Positions 37,034 to 46,644 of a stretch of 64,000 nucleotides of DNA are shown here, one piece after another. Source of the stretch: a virus (lineage: Duplodnaviria; Caudoviricetes); the IMG/VR virus record IMGVR_UViG_3300010167_001484, positions 64,001 through 128,000 of that record; one strand, written 5' to 3'. The stretch's first letter is position 1; the number at the start of each line of letters is the position of its first letter. Both the position numbers and the translations under genes were made by a program. Under the pieces are notes generated by a model, which made no database searches, was not told where the DNA came from, and worked only from the letters and a program-made list of their open reading frames with translations.

Positions 37034-37260
37034 AAAGATTGATAAGGGCTCAAAGTGAACTCAAGAAGACTGTTAGTGTTAGTTTTCAAGTAGATATTCC
37101 TATAGATATGGAAAATAATTCTTATAGAGATATAGTTAAAGCTAGAGTAGGTCTTAGTAATGGTGTTAATGTAGTTGTTCAAGATGCATTTATTCCTGAA
37201 ATTGCTAATCAAGTAGAGACTGATGAGTTATTAGAATCATTACAGAATAAGGGTTCATAA
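37030..37260 (+). CDS. MKRLIRA-leader protein
   Basis: preceded by a diverged repeat. Confidence 0.75.
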   Translation: MKRLIRAQSELKKTVSVSFQVDIPIDMENNSYRDIVKARVGLSNGVNVVVQDAFIPEIANQVETDELLESLQNKGS

Positions 37261-37460
37261 TGTTAGAAATAATCAAAGAATCTATACAACAGTTATCAAA
37301 TATAACCTTTAATGAATTTTATATGAAGTATGTATTTGATATACAAGATCAGAATATGGAAGCCGAATTTAATCAGATAACAACTGCGGCTACTGCATAT
37401 AGGACTGATGTCAAATTTGTAGATAAATTATTGAATAATGCAATGAAAGGGCTAGTGTAA
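37260..37460 (+). CDS. hypothetical protein
   Basis: start overlaps the previous stop; no leader. Confidence 0.6.
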   Translation: MLEIIKESIQQLSNITFNEFYMKYVFDIQDQNMEAEFNQITTAATAYRTDVKFVDKLLNNAMKGLV

Positions 37461-37463
37461 ATT

Positions 37464-37664
37464 ATGAAGAAGCTGGTTAAAAGTAATTATAGTGGTCAAG
37501 ATATAATAGATCTAGAGAATCGTATCAAGAGTGCTGAAATCTATTTGGAAGATATAGTATCTGCATTTCATAGATTAATTGACGAAGGTAGAATGGTTGA
37601 GATTGATGATGCTTTAGATACAATTATTCCTTCGTTGATAGATGTATGGAAGAAACATTGTTAA
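37464..37664 (+). CDS. leader-peptide array protein (MKKLVKS)
   Basis: same leader as 32121. Confidence 0.7.
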   Translation: MKKLVKSNYSGQDIIDLENRIKSAEIYLEDIVSAFHRLIDEGRMVEIDDALDTIIPSLIDVWKKHC

Positions 37665-37674
37665 AGGGGCTATC

Positions 37675-38064
37675 ATGAAAAGATTGATTAGATCTAATAC
37701 TGCAACACTTAGAAGTTTACCTACAAGTTATTTAGCAGATGCTATAAGAGATTTGTGGAATGGTCCTGAAGAGAGTATACCTACGTGTCAGAAAGAATAT
37801 ATTGAATATTTTAATAATAAGGGTATAGATATTTCTGATGAAGAACAATGGGATCGTGCATGGGATGAAGCATGTGGTCCTGAACCTGAAGAAGAGGTTC
37901 TAAAATTAGGTGGTAGAGAGTTTTATGATAGGCATGACGCTAGTGAATGGTTGATAGAGAAAACTCAAGAATATGGTAATACATATTTCTTTCCAGATAA
38001 TGATAGATATGTATTAAATCAACTTATCGAGAAATTCGGTAATACTTATTTTTGGAATAGATAA
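37675..38064 (+). CDS. MKRLIRS-leader protein
   Basis: ATG at 37675 after RBS AAAGGGG. Confidence 0.75.
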   Translation: MKRLIRSNTATLRSLPTSYLADAIRDLWNGPEESIPTCQKEYIEYFNNKGIDISDEEQWDRAWDEACGPEPEEEVLKLGGREFYDRHDASEWLIEKTQEYGNTYFFPDNDRYVLNQLIEKFGNTYFWNR

Positions 38065-38075
38065 GGATTAAACAG

Positions 38076-38522
38076 ATGATAAGTGCTCAGATATTTAGAA
38101 ATTTATATGTTGATTTATATAAAGAATTGCGTAAATATCTCTGGGATATAGATGCTGTTACATTGATTGTGGATTTAGAAACTGAAACACATAAAGCATT
38201 TCCAGATGTGATTCAACTAAATTCTATATTGGGTAGACTTAAGAGACAAACTATAAGTACATCTCTTGAAGATGAGGAATTGTCAGATGCATTTGATAGT
38301 TTTGAAGAAGCTTTGAAAGATGTAGATGATTTTGTTACATTAATAAAATATCCCACGCCTACACCTTTAGATGTAGAGAAAACTGAAGATGAAGATGAGG
38401 TTTTGGAAGAAGCTATAGATGATAATCTTGAAGATGGATTTGAGGGAGATGTAGAAGAAGAATCGTCTGAAGAAACTGGTTTTGGGGAATTTGAGGAGGA
38501 GGTTGAAAATGAAAATCAGTAA
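38076..38522 (+). CDS. hypothetical protein with acidic C-terminus
   Basis: ORF with RBS. Confidence 0.65.
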   Translation: MISAQIFRNLYVDLYKELRKYLWDIDAVTLIVDLETETHKAFPDVIQLNSILGRLKRQTISTSLEDEELSDAFDSFEEALKDVDDFVTLIKYPTPTPLDVEKTEDEDEVLEEAIDDNLEDGFEGDVEEESSEETGFGEFEEEVENENQ

Positions 38523-38709
38523 AAGTAGTATTAATGCAAATAAACGAGCATCTAATAATGTCAAAGCTACAACAAATAATAGAAGTGAAGCAGTGGAATA
38601 TATCCAATCTGCAATACATTCATTAGGTACAAATGCTAAAGATGATGTAGTTGCGAAAGAATCAATAGCAAATCTTAGTGTTATATTGTTCGATTTGAAG
38701 GGAAGTTAA
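38509..38709 (+). CDS. hypothetical protein (MKISKSSINA...)
   Basis: ATG at 38509 after GAGGAGG. Confidence 0.65.
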   Translation: MKISKSSINANKRASNNVKATTNNRSEAVEYIQSAIHSLGTNAKDDVVAKESIANLSVILFDLKGS

Positions 38710-38713
38710 ATCT

Positions 38714-38899
38714 ATGAAGAAGGTTGTAAAATCAGCATATGATGAATCTAACGAAGGAATTAAACGGGAAATTGTAGATAAATTATCTGAAATTTATGAA
38801 ACTATAGCTAATAATCCAGATTTGTTAGATACACCTGATATATCTGAGAGTATTAATGAGTTGTCTAGTTTATTGTTTGAAATAACTGGTTTAGCATAG
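38714..38899 (+). CDS. leader-peptide array protein (MKKVVKSA)
   Basis: basic leader, acidic body. Confidence 0.65.
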   Translation: MKKVVKSAYDESNEGIKREIVDKLSEIYETIANNPDLLDTPDISESINELSSLLFEITGLA

Positions 38900-38911
38900 A
38901 TATAAAGATAG

Positions 38912-39454
38912 GTGAAATGGATGGCAGGTTCTGAAACCGTCAGTACCGGCGGAAATAATTATTTGAATCCTTTAGTAACTAAACAGAGAGAAAATGTAGC
39001 CAGAATGCGAACCGCATTACTGGCTTCAACTGATGATAATACTGTAACAATGCGTCAAGCTATTCAGAATATTACTGCTATGCGTATCTACCATCAATTA
39101 ACAAGAATAATACAATATACCGAATTGATGACTGAACTTGAAGATAAACTTTATGATTCTATTTCAGATACTGTGAGGACAGCTCCAACGACTGATCCAA
39201 CAACATGGATAGCACTTCTTAATATACAGGAAAGATTACAGAAGAATTTGATTGAAAGTCATAAATTACTTCAGCCTTACCTTAATGTATCAGAATTTAA
39301 TATAGTAGATCTAGTAGATGCACCAGTTAGTGATGAGACGGAAGAAAGTACAGGATTGATAATATCTTCTCAATCTAGGGATAATATTAGAATACGTGCT
39401 CAAGCGATACTTTCGCAAATTGAAATATTAAATAATAATGAAGGAGAAAATTAA
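38912..39454 (+). CDS. helical protein, candidate terminase small subunit
   Basis: size, helical character and position two genes upstream of terL. Confidence 0.4.
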   Translation: MKWMAGSETVSTGGNNYLNPLVTKQRENVARMRTALLASTDDNTVTMRQAIQNITAMRIYHQLTRIIQYTELMTELEDKLYDSISDTVRTAPTTDPTTWIALLNIQERLQKNLIESHKLLQPYLNVSEFNIVDLVDAPVSDETEESTGLIISSQSRDNIRIRAQAILSQIEILNNNEGEN

Positions 39455-39777
39455 TGGAAACTTGTCAATGTGAAGATCACGGTCATGAAGTAATCAAGGA
39501 TACGGCAAAATATATTGCAAAAGTAGATATTATAAATAATATCGATACACAACTCAATCAGTTTATAGCTGAACACGAAGAATTAACAAAACGTTCTGAT
39601 GAATATCTTAATGTTGTTGAAAATATTCGTATTAAATTGTTTGGGATAAAGGGTGCAGTAGACGCTCTCAATTCACTCAAAGATACGTTCAATAATTTTA
39701 TTGAATCAAACCCTAATATAGGTTTTATACCTTCGGAATCTAGTATGATTGAGGATAATGAACACAGTAATAATTGA
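39454..39777 (+). CDS. hypothetical coiled-coil protein
   Basis: RBS; start overlaps the previous stop. Confidence 0.6.
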   Translation: METCQCEDHGHEVIKDTAKYIAKVDIINNIDTQLNQFIAEHEELTKRSDEYLNVVENIRIKLFGIKGAVDALNSLKDTFNNFIESNPNIGFIPSESSMIEDNEHSNN

Positions 39778-41725
39778 AGATGATATATTAGAGAGAATAC
39801 AGAATATATATGATAGTTGTACTGAAGAGGAGCAAGGTTACCTTATACAAATTCTTGAAGAATTTAGTAGTAGAGGTTATTCAGAAACCTATGAAAAAGT
39901 ATGGTTAGCTGATTATAGAGAAATTCCTGTAGATATAAACACTTTTATAGAATCTGATACTTATCTTGGTAGAACCAACAATCAAGGTAAAGCAGTATAC
40001 CCTTTCTGGCGGAAAGAACTTCGTTCATTTTTTGGTGCAGGTAATAAATATCATGAATGGGTTCTAACAGGTGCAACTCGTATAGGTAAGACCTCAACAG
40101 CTATAACAGCTACTTGTTATATGTTGTATCGTATAATGTGTCTTAGAAATCCTCAAGCATTTTTCAAGTTGAAGGATATATCTAAATTTAGTATACTATT
40201 CTTCAATATAACAAAAGATTTGGCTCAAGGTGTTGCTTATCAAGAATTTAATGCTACTTTAGCTGCTAGTCCATGGTTTCAAGCGCATGGTACGATGTCT
40301 CGTAGTATCAAGAATCCTTATTATATTCCCGAGGGTGGAAAGATAGATATTGACTTTGGTTCAGATGCGTCGCACGGACTTGGAAAACAAATCATTGTCG
40401 GGTTCTTGGATGAGGTGAATTTTAGTCAAGCAGGTGTCAAAGATGTAAATAAAGCTAAATCACGTATGAGAGCTACATATAATACCGTATCTACTCGTGT
40501 TAAAGGTACTTTTAGAATAGAAGGAGAGGTATTAGGTAAAGTATTTGCAGTTAGTTCTAAACGTAGTGACTCAGATTTCATGGAAGCTTATGTTCAAGAG
40601 CAAAGGAATGCTGGTGCAGGTGACAACATGTATATCACAGATGCACCACAATGGGAAGTATTTCCTCCAGGTAAATTCAGTAAAGAAACATTCTGTATAG
40701 CTTTAGGTGATAGATATCAAAGAGGGTTTGTTTTAAATGATGATCAGTGTTTTCCCGAAGCTATAAGAGATTTAGAAGCTCAAGGATTCAAAATATTACG
40801 ACCACCTATAGATATGAAGTCGGATTTTCTAGCAGATTTTCTTATAGCACTTCGAGATCTAGCAGGTATAGCTATTGTAGGTATGATGTCATTTATAACA
40901 CAAGATACAATTGATACATGTATAAATAGAACAAGACGAAATCCTTTCTATAGTGAAATATTACAGATTGGTACTAAAGATAGCTATACTATAGAAGAAT
41001 ATTTCCATATAGAGGATCTGCCCTCGAATATAAAAAAAGCACCTCTATTTATACATCTAGATCTTTCTAAGAATATAGATAGAACCGGTTTAGGCGGAGT
41101 GGCAATAACAGGCAGAAAGGATATATTAAGTAATATAGAAGATGAAAAAGGTAATACTAAACAAATTAAGATATCTCAACCTACTTTTACTCATGTGTTT
41201 AGTCTTGCTATAGAAGCGCCGAGGGGTGATAAGATACCTTATGCTAAGATTACAGCTTTTATATGTTGGTTACGGTCTAATCATTTTAATATCCTAGGAG
41301 TTAGTGCGGACCAGTTCCAAAGCGAATACATGCTACAACTCTTAGAAGCACAAGGCTTTGATGTAGATAATATATCGTTAGATAGGACACCTGATGGATA
41401 TATAACAACAAGATCTATTCTAATGGAACAAAGAATTGATTTGTTGAATCATAAATTACTTCAAGATGAATTAATTCATTTACAACGAGATTCTGCTACA
41501 GGGCGCTTGAATCATCCAATAGGACAAACAAAGGATATATCTGATGGGTTGGCGGGAGCTCTTCTAAATGCAACAAGAAAAAACCCTCCTATAGCTTTAC
41601 CTGGTAAAACATTATCTAAAGTAGTAACAACTGTGAATAAACCTGATAGAATGCCTCAAGGTGTAGTTAAAGGTGCAGATCTACCCAGTGTATTTGGTGA
41701 TTTGTATAAGAATTATAGAAAATAA
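39758..41725 (+). CDS. terL: terminase large subunit
   Basis: VLTGATRIGKTS Walker A, GFLDE Walker B, HLDLS and KDISDG RNase-H-like nuclease acidic residues. Confidence 0.9.
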   Translation: MNTVIIEDDILERIQNIYDSCTEEEQGYLIQILEEFSSRGYSETYEKVWLADYREIPVDINTFIESDTYLGRTNNQGKAVYPFWRKELRSFFGAGNKYHEWVLTGATRIGKTSTAITATCYMLYRIMCLRNPQAFFKLKDISKFSILFFNITKDLAQGVAYQEFNATLAASPWFQAHGTMSRSIKNPYYIPEGGKIDIDFGSDASHGLGKQIIVGFLDEVNFSQAGVKDVNKAKSRMRATYNTVSTRVKGTFRIEGEVLGKVFAVSSKRSDSDFMEAYVQEQRNAGAGDNMYITDAPQWEVFPPGKFSKETFCIALGDRYQRGFVLNDDQCFPEAIRDLEAQGFKILRPPIDMKSDFLADFLIALRDLAGIAIVGMMSFITQDTIDTCINRTRRNPFYSEILQIGTKDSYTIEEYFHIEDLPSNIKKAPLFIHLDLSKNIDRTGLGGVAITGRKDILSNIEDEKGNTKQIKISQPTFTHVFSLAIEAPRGDKIPYAKITAFICWLRSNHFNILGVSADQFQSEYMLQLLEAQGFDVDNISLDRTPDGYITTRSILMEQRIDLLNHKLLQDELIHLQRDSATGRLNHPIGQTKDISDGLAGALLNATRKNPPIALPGKTLSKVVTTVNKPDRMPQGVVKGADLPSVFGDLYKNYRK

Positions 41726-41731
41726 TGAGGA

Positions 41732-41953
41732 GTGATTATTATGAATTGTGATAGTCATATCTGTGAAATTTGTAATAGACATGTGAAACCTGATGATATA
41801 CTTTCAATTAAGACTAGGAGTACTAGATGGGATGTAGATCATTGGGAAGAGCTCTTTGCTGATAGAAAAACAATAGGTATTTGTTTTGATTGTTTGAAAG
41901 AAATTGGTGAAAGAGTTAGGAAGAATAGTGAATCAAAAAGTAATATAAACTAA
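41732..41953 (+). CDS. small Zn-finger protein
   Basis: CEIC...CFDC. Confidence 0.6.
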   Translation: MIIMNCDSHICEICNRHVKPDDILSIKTRSTRWDVDHWEELFADRKTIGICFDCLKEIGERVRKNSESKSNIN

Positions 41954-41979
41954 AAACTTTTTAGGGAGGACTATAAAAA

Positions 41980-43569
41980 ATGTATCTTGCGAATGTTCTG
42001 AAAGCTGGGGACTATTTAGTTCCTGTACCTGTGGGATTGCCATTAACATTACAATACAATTTCACAGGTAATTTAGAAAAGGTGTATCTTCGTTTTGGTA
42101 ATGACAGAATAGAAGTGACCGAAGATCTTCTTGAAACTATCAGGAAGAATCATACCGTGCCACATATGGTACATGTTAAGAAGGGGATAACAACTATAAG
42201 AGGTATTCTTTATACAGCAGATCTGGCGTTTGATCCTGGACATCTGCCCTATTGTGTAGAGAGTACACTGAAGCAGAAATTCTTAGATAGTCCTAGTAAA
42301 TTCAATTTCTTTGCAGTGACTTGGGATAGTAGTGAAGCTGTTGTAATTGGACCTACTCCTGCTAAACAGATGTTAACTATGTCTAAATTTAGGACACTTC
42401 CAGGTTGGCTAGTACCTGCAGCTATGTCTGTAGATATATTGAAGAGCTGGACTCATTATCCTTCTTATACATTTCATCCTGATATGATTACTAATTATGT
42501 TATATTCAGAGATGATAAAGTAATTTTCCATGTTACTCAAATGAAACAATTTATTGTAACTATGGTTAAGAAATATACTGATGAAAACGGTTTCATCAAA
42601 GCTCGTATATATCTAGTTGACGCTGTTGATACTAATTTTCCTAATCATATATCTATTGATTACTCTGAATTACTTAAATGGAATATACATTCAGATTCAT
42701 TGGTTGTATTTGATTCTATTAATCAAATTATATTCACTATGTCTACAACTAATAAGAAGCGAGAGAAACGTAGTAATAAATTAGGTTGTACCTTCTGTAA
42801 CAGGGCATTCACTGTGCCTAAAGAGGGGGAAGTTATTTGTCCTGACCCTCATTGTACATCTAGATTAATTCCACATATTCGTCAATTTATAAATGTTATG
42901 GGTCTTGAAGCTAAATCGGCTGAAAAGATATGTAGTTGGATCACTAAAGAAGGTATTACATGTATACCTGATATCTTCAATCTCGAAGACTACAAAGTAG
43001 GTAAAATTGAACTTGAAGTAACATTAGGTAAGCTATTGAGATCTCTGGTTCCATTTAGTTATTTACCAAAAGAAGATGTACTTCGTATATTTGCAAATTG
43101 TTGTACGAATAATATTGATATGTTTTTACATTATTGTGAAAATCCCGAATCAGCAGTAGTAGATTTGCAACTAGTTCATAAAGATTTTGGAAAGTTAGCT
43201 GAGTGGTTGAATGATAATTATAATTTTGCAGATATTCAAACGCTTCTAAGTTTACCTCAGATAGTTATAGAAAAAACTGATAAGAAATTTGAAGGTGCAC
43301 CTATATTTAGAGATAAATGTATCTATTTAACAGGTGATTTTATACGAGGAAATCAATCAGATATTGCAGCTATCTTAACAAGTTATTCTGCAAAAGTTAT
43401 ACATAGTTTTGAAGATAGTGTTGATTGTGTTATAGTAGGTGGTCTAAGAGAAAATATCAATGGTCAAGATGTGAGTAGGGCAAAGACATTAGGAATAAGT
43501 GTCTTTGAAGAAGAGGATTTTTTCTTGAATTATGAAATCGACGAGGATTTAAAATCTAACCTTTCATAA
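41980..43569 (+). CDS. degenerate NAD-dependent DNA ligase (LigA)-like protein with Zn finger and BRCT, lacking the catalytic KxDG
   Basis: PVPVGLPLTLQY in place of EPKxDG.S..L.Y; IRGIL in place of VRGE; CTFC..C....C; C-terminal BRCT (IYLTG...DCVIVG...AKTLGISVF). Confidence 0.75.
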   Translation: MYLANVLKAGDYLVPVPVGLPLTLQYNFTGNLEKVYLRFGNDRIEVTEDLLETIRKNHTVPHMVHVKKGITTIRGILYTADLAFDPGHLPYCVESTLKQKFLDSPSKFNFFAVTWDSSEAVVIGPTPAKQMLTMSKFRTLPGWLVPAAMSVDILKSWTHYPSYTFHPDMITNYVIFRDDKVIFHVTQMKQFIVTMVKKYTDENGFIKARIYLVDAVDTNFPNHISIDYSELLKWNIHSDSLVVFDSINQIIFTMSTTNKKREKRSNKLGCTFCNRAFTVPKEGEVICPDPHCTSRLIPHIRQFINVMGLEAKSAEKICSWITKEGITCIPDIFNLEDYKVGKIELEVTLGKLLRSLVPFSYLPKEDVLRIFANCCTNNIDMFLHYCENPESAVVDLQLVHKDFGKLAEWLNDNYNFADIQTLLSLPQIVIEKTDKKFEGAPIFRDKCIYLTGDFIRGNQSDIAAILTSYSAKVIHSFEDSVDCVIVGGLRENINGQDVSRAKTLGISVFEEEDFFLNYEIDEDLKSNLS

Positions 43570-43606
43570 TATATAGATGTAGCATTTATGTCAAGGAGGA
43601 TTACTT

Positions 43607-45109
43607 GTGGCTAATAGATTATTAGAACGACTTATTCCTAGCGATAAGAAAAATAGAAATAAATTCACATCATTTATTCGCAAAGTTGTAGCTGGTTCAT
43701 TCTATAAATTCAGTGATCTGAGAGGTAATACAAGTTTAGCTGATATAAATACTATGATAGAGATGATGCGAGAACTTGCAAGAGATTCTCAAATAGCTAC
43801 AGCTTTATCATACTATGCAACTGATGCAACAACGTATAATACAGATAATCAAATAATTTGGGCTACTTCTAAAACTAATCCAGACTTAGCTGAAATCATA
43901 AATCAACTCTTTAAGAAATGGAAAATCAATACGTATGCTAGAGATCATATTCTTGAACTTGCAACTATAGGTAATTTATATATTCCTACAACGGAGATGT
44001 ACAAAGTTGAGGGTAGAGCGACATCTCGTAATCTAATTGCATTAGACAACAATACAATACCTGAGGTAGAATTTGATATTGTTCCCTCTTATAAAATCCC
44101 TCCTGAAAATATAGTGCATCTTTGGTTTGAAGGTCAACCTGAAGGTTATATGTATCAACCTGAAGATAATTCTACACAATTTGTAAATTATTCTGAATCT
44201 GCTGTTATACATTTCTCTTTAGGAGGACTTCTAGGTGAATATACTCTAGATACAGTATTACCTGGTGGGGATGTAAAAACATATGATATAATGTTTGCTC
44301 AACCTTTGATGGTAAGAGCTATTCAGCCTACACAAACATTGAGTCTTTTAGAGGATGCATTATTGTTATCCTCATTATCCCGTGTTGTGAGATTTGTAAA
44401 TGTGGAATGTGGTAATGCAGAAGAAGAGGAAATCCGAGCAACACTTCAAGAATTGAAAGATGCTATCGAACAACAACTTGCTATAAATACTAATACGGGT
44501 GATGCACAAAGTTTTGTTAATCCTCAAAGTCCGAATAATCTGATATTCTTACCTAAAATAAATGGTGCTGATTCTATATCTGTAACAGATTTGAATGTAG
44601 CAGATGCAACTGAAGCGGATAATAAACTCCTTCAACATTATATGGATAAGAAATTATCTGTTCTAGGTGTGCCAAAAGAGGCTATGAACTTTTCTTCTAA
44701 TGAAGGTCTTGGAGGTGCAGGTACAGTTCTTGCTCAAAGATCTCAATTATATGCTAATTCATTACAACGTCTAATGACTGCATATAAAGAGGGCTGGAAA
44801 GATGCTTTGAATACAAGGTTTATAGCATTAGGATTCAGCGGATTTGTAGATCAGTTTGAATTAAACATGAACCCAATTTTAACTCAACAATCTACTCTAA
44901 CCTTCGAGAAACGTGATGCAGCATTGAGTCAAGCAACTGCATTATTCACATTACTCAGAGATATGGGTGTAGATGATCCTAATACATTTAGAGATGGTTT
45001 AGTTGAAATATTATCTGAGGTATTCCCACAGATAGGTGCTCAGATAAGTAAATGGAATATCAATGTTGAAGGTGAAGGGGAAGAAGGTGGTGGGTTAGGT
45101 GAATTCTAG
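43607..45109 (+). CDS. portal protein
   Basis: 500 aa near terL; IATALSYYA.D, R.VRFVNV.CGN, KLSVLGVPKE motifs resembling T4 gp20-type portals. Confidence 0.8.
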   Translation: MANRLLERLIPSDKKNRNKFTSFIRKVVAGSFYKFSDLRGNTSLADINTMIEMMRELARDSQIATALSYYATDATTYNTDNQIIWATSKTNPDLAEIINQLFKKWKINTYARDHILELATIGNLYIPTTEMYKVEGRATSRNLIALDNNTIPEVEFDIVPSYKIPPENIVHLWFEGQPEGYMYQPEDNSTQFVNYSESAVIHFSLGGLLGEYTLDTVLPGGDVKTYDIMFAQPLMVRAIQPTQTLSLLEDALLLSSLSRVVRFVNVECGNAEEEEIRATLQELKDAIEQQLAINTNTGDAQSFVNPQSPNNLIFLPKINGADSISVTDLNVADATEADNKLLQHYMDKKLSVLGVPKEAMNFSSNEGLGGAGTVLAQRSQLYANSLQRLMTAYKEGWKDALNTRFIALGFSGFVDQFELNMNPILTQQSTLTFEKRDAALSQATALFTLLRDMGVDDPNTFRDGLVEILSEVFPQIGAQISKWNINVEGEGEEGGGLGEF

Positions 45110-45428
45110 TGTATTCTTTAAAGAATTAAAATCTTTTAATAGTACTAATTATCGTACTTTATTGAATGCAGATCTTTCAGCTGAGGATGCATCTATAATA
45201 AAAGCATTTAGCTCAGCTATAACTCGATTCTTTATATTTGTTGAAAAACATCCTCAAATGAGTGAAACTGATAAAAGGGTGCTATATTTCAAGCTGAAAT
45301 TAGATATGGTGGCAAGTTATTTTGCAGATTTTCCAGAATCTAATATAGATCTTCTAAAAGGGTTTCAACATGAATTATTGAAATATAACAAGTCTGTTAA
45401 AGACGATACTACTAGTTTAAGAAATTGA
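45099..45428 (+). CDS. hypothetical protein
   Basis: ORF overlapping the end of the portal gene. Confidence 0.6.
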   Translation: MNSSVFFKELKSFNSTNYRTLLNADLSAEDASIIKAFSSAITRFFIFVEKHPQMSETDKRVLYFKLKLDMVASYFADFPESNIDLLKGFQHELLKYNKSVKDDTTSLRN

Positions 45429-45434
45429 GGTAGC

Positions 45435-45632
45435 TTGATGGAAGAATATATTATACTTAAATTAACTAATCTTACAGCTGAACAAAGAAATTGGATTGAA
45501 AATAATATGAATCCAACGGTTGAATCTATATGTGAATTCATAAATTGTCCTCCTGAAAAGAGTGATATATGTCGTTGTGATGGTTGTATGTTTGATGGAG
45601 TAGGTCCTACTATTGAGTTAGTTGAGGAATGA
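45435..45632 (+). CDS. hypothetical protein
   Basis: ORF with RBS. Confidence 0.5.
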   Translation: MMEEYIILKLTNLTAEQRNWIENNMNPTVESICEFINCPPEKSDICRCDGCMFDGVGPTIELVEE

Positions 45633-45635
45633 GTT

Positions 45636-46256
45636 ATGATTCAAGAACAAAGAATTCTTAGATATAGTATTTCTAGTTGGAGACAACTTATCTATGCAAA
45701 ATCTAATAATAGTAGTAAGTTATCCATTTCCGTATCTGATTTCTTACAGGATAGAAGACTTTCTGGTACTAGAATACAACTTATTCATAAAGATTTTGGA
45801 GTATTATTTGCATGTGTAGTAGATGTTCAAGGAGATATTATCACAGAGATACAAGAAGATATTATAACAGAGTTAACTCCCGACCAAATTTTATCTGAGT
45901 TGAGAAAATATGGTTATTATATAGAATATAGGGCTGAAACTAAGTTAAAATCAAAACAATTAGAATATCTTTTCAGTATAAAAAATCTAGGATTCGATAA
46001 GATTTCTATTTTATATGTTCATAGTTATAACCACGGTATAAAAGATATCAGATGGTATGTTGTTGCATTCAAAGTTAAGGATAATTCTGATTGGATTAAT
46101 AATTGGTACAGCCCAAGTCATACAGAATTCATGGAAGCAATTAGTAACGGTAGTGCAATAAATATTTCTAAAATCAGTTTCACCGAAAAATTTAGGTGGG
46201 ATTGGTTGATGGGTGCAGTAATGTCTGTTGATGATATCTTAGAGGCTAACTCATGA
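45636..46256 (+). CDS. hypothetical protein
   Basis: 206-aa ORF with RBS. Confidence 0.65.
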   Translation: MIQEQRILRYSISSWRQLIYAKSNNSSKLSISVSDFLQDRRLSGTRIQLIHKDFGVLFACVVDVQGDIITEIQEDIITELTPDQILSELRKYGYYIEYRAETKLKSKQLEYLFSIKNLGFDKISILYVHSYNHGIKDIRWYVVAFKVKDNSDWINNWYSPSHTEFMEAISNGSAINISKISFTEKFRWDWLMGAVMSVDDILEANS

Positions 46257-46456
46257 TTAGAGAAGGTAAGTTATATAAAGATAATAAGAGATTATATATG
46301 ACTACGGATGAAATTGTTTCTAATTTCCGACGTTCTAATAATCCTGAACGTCAAATAGGTGTGTTAGCTCAATTGAATGCAGTTCCGAGAAGTGTGATAA
46401 TATCATTGCTTCATGATAACGGTTTAGCTGAAGCTATTGTTGAGGTAGAAACATGA
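46253..46456 (+). CDS. small HTH-like protein
   Basis: MT..EI......QI.VLAQLN....I..LL pattern. Confidence 0.55.
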   Translation: MIREGKLYKDNKRLYMTTDEIVSNFRRSNNPERQIGVLAQLNAVPRSVIISLLHDNGLAEAIVEVET

Positions 46457-46644
46457 AGATTGCTTGTGATAAGTGTTTAACAGTGAAAAATGCTGACTTA
46501 GGTTTTCCTAAAGGTTGGATGAAGGTTAAAGTAAATTCTTTAGATGTGAATCTTTGTGAAATCTGTAGCGAAGGGTTGTGGCAAGCTATAGATTGTTCCT
46601 ATCCTCCAGTGATATTACAACCGAAAATAGAAAAGGATACATGA
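46453..46644 (+). CDS. small Zn-finger protein
   Basis: CDKC...P.GW...LCEIC. Confidence 0.6.
   Translation: MKIACDKCLTVKNADLGFPKGWMKVKVNSLDVNLCEICSEGLWQAIDCSYPPVILQPKIEKDT

Noticed and set aside
33308-37050. CRISPR array (given the Cas4-like gene)
   Set aside because: Repeats are separated by whole genes of variable length; no 30-40 bp spacers and no cas1/cas2; Cas4-like nucleases are common in phage replication modules
32121-38899. MKRLIR leader as a Sec/lipoprotein signal peptide
   Set aside because: The basic start is not followed by a hydrophobic h-region or lipobox
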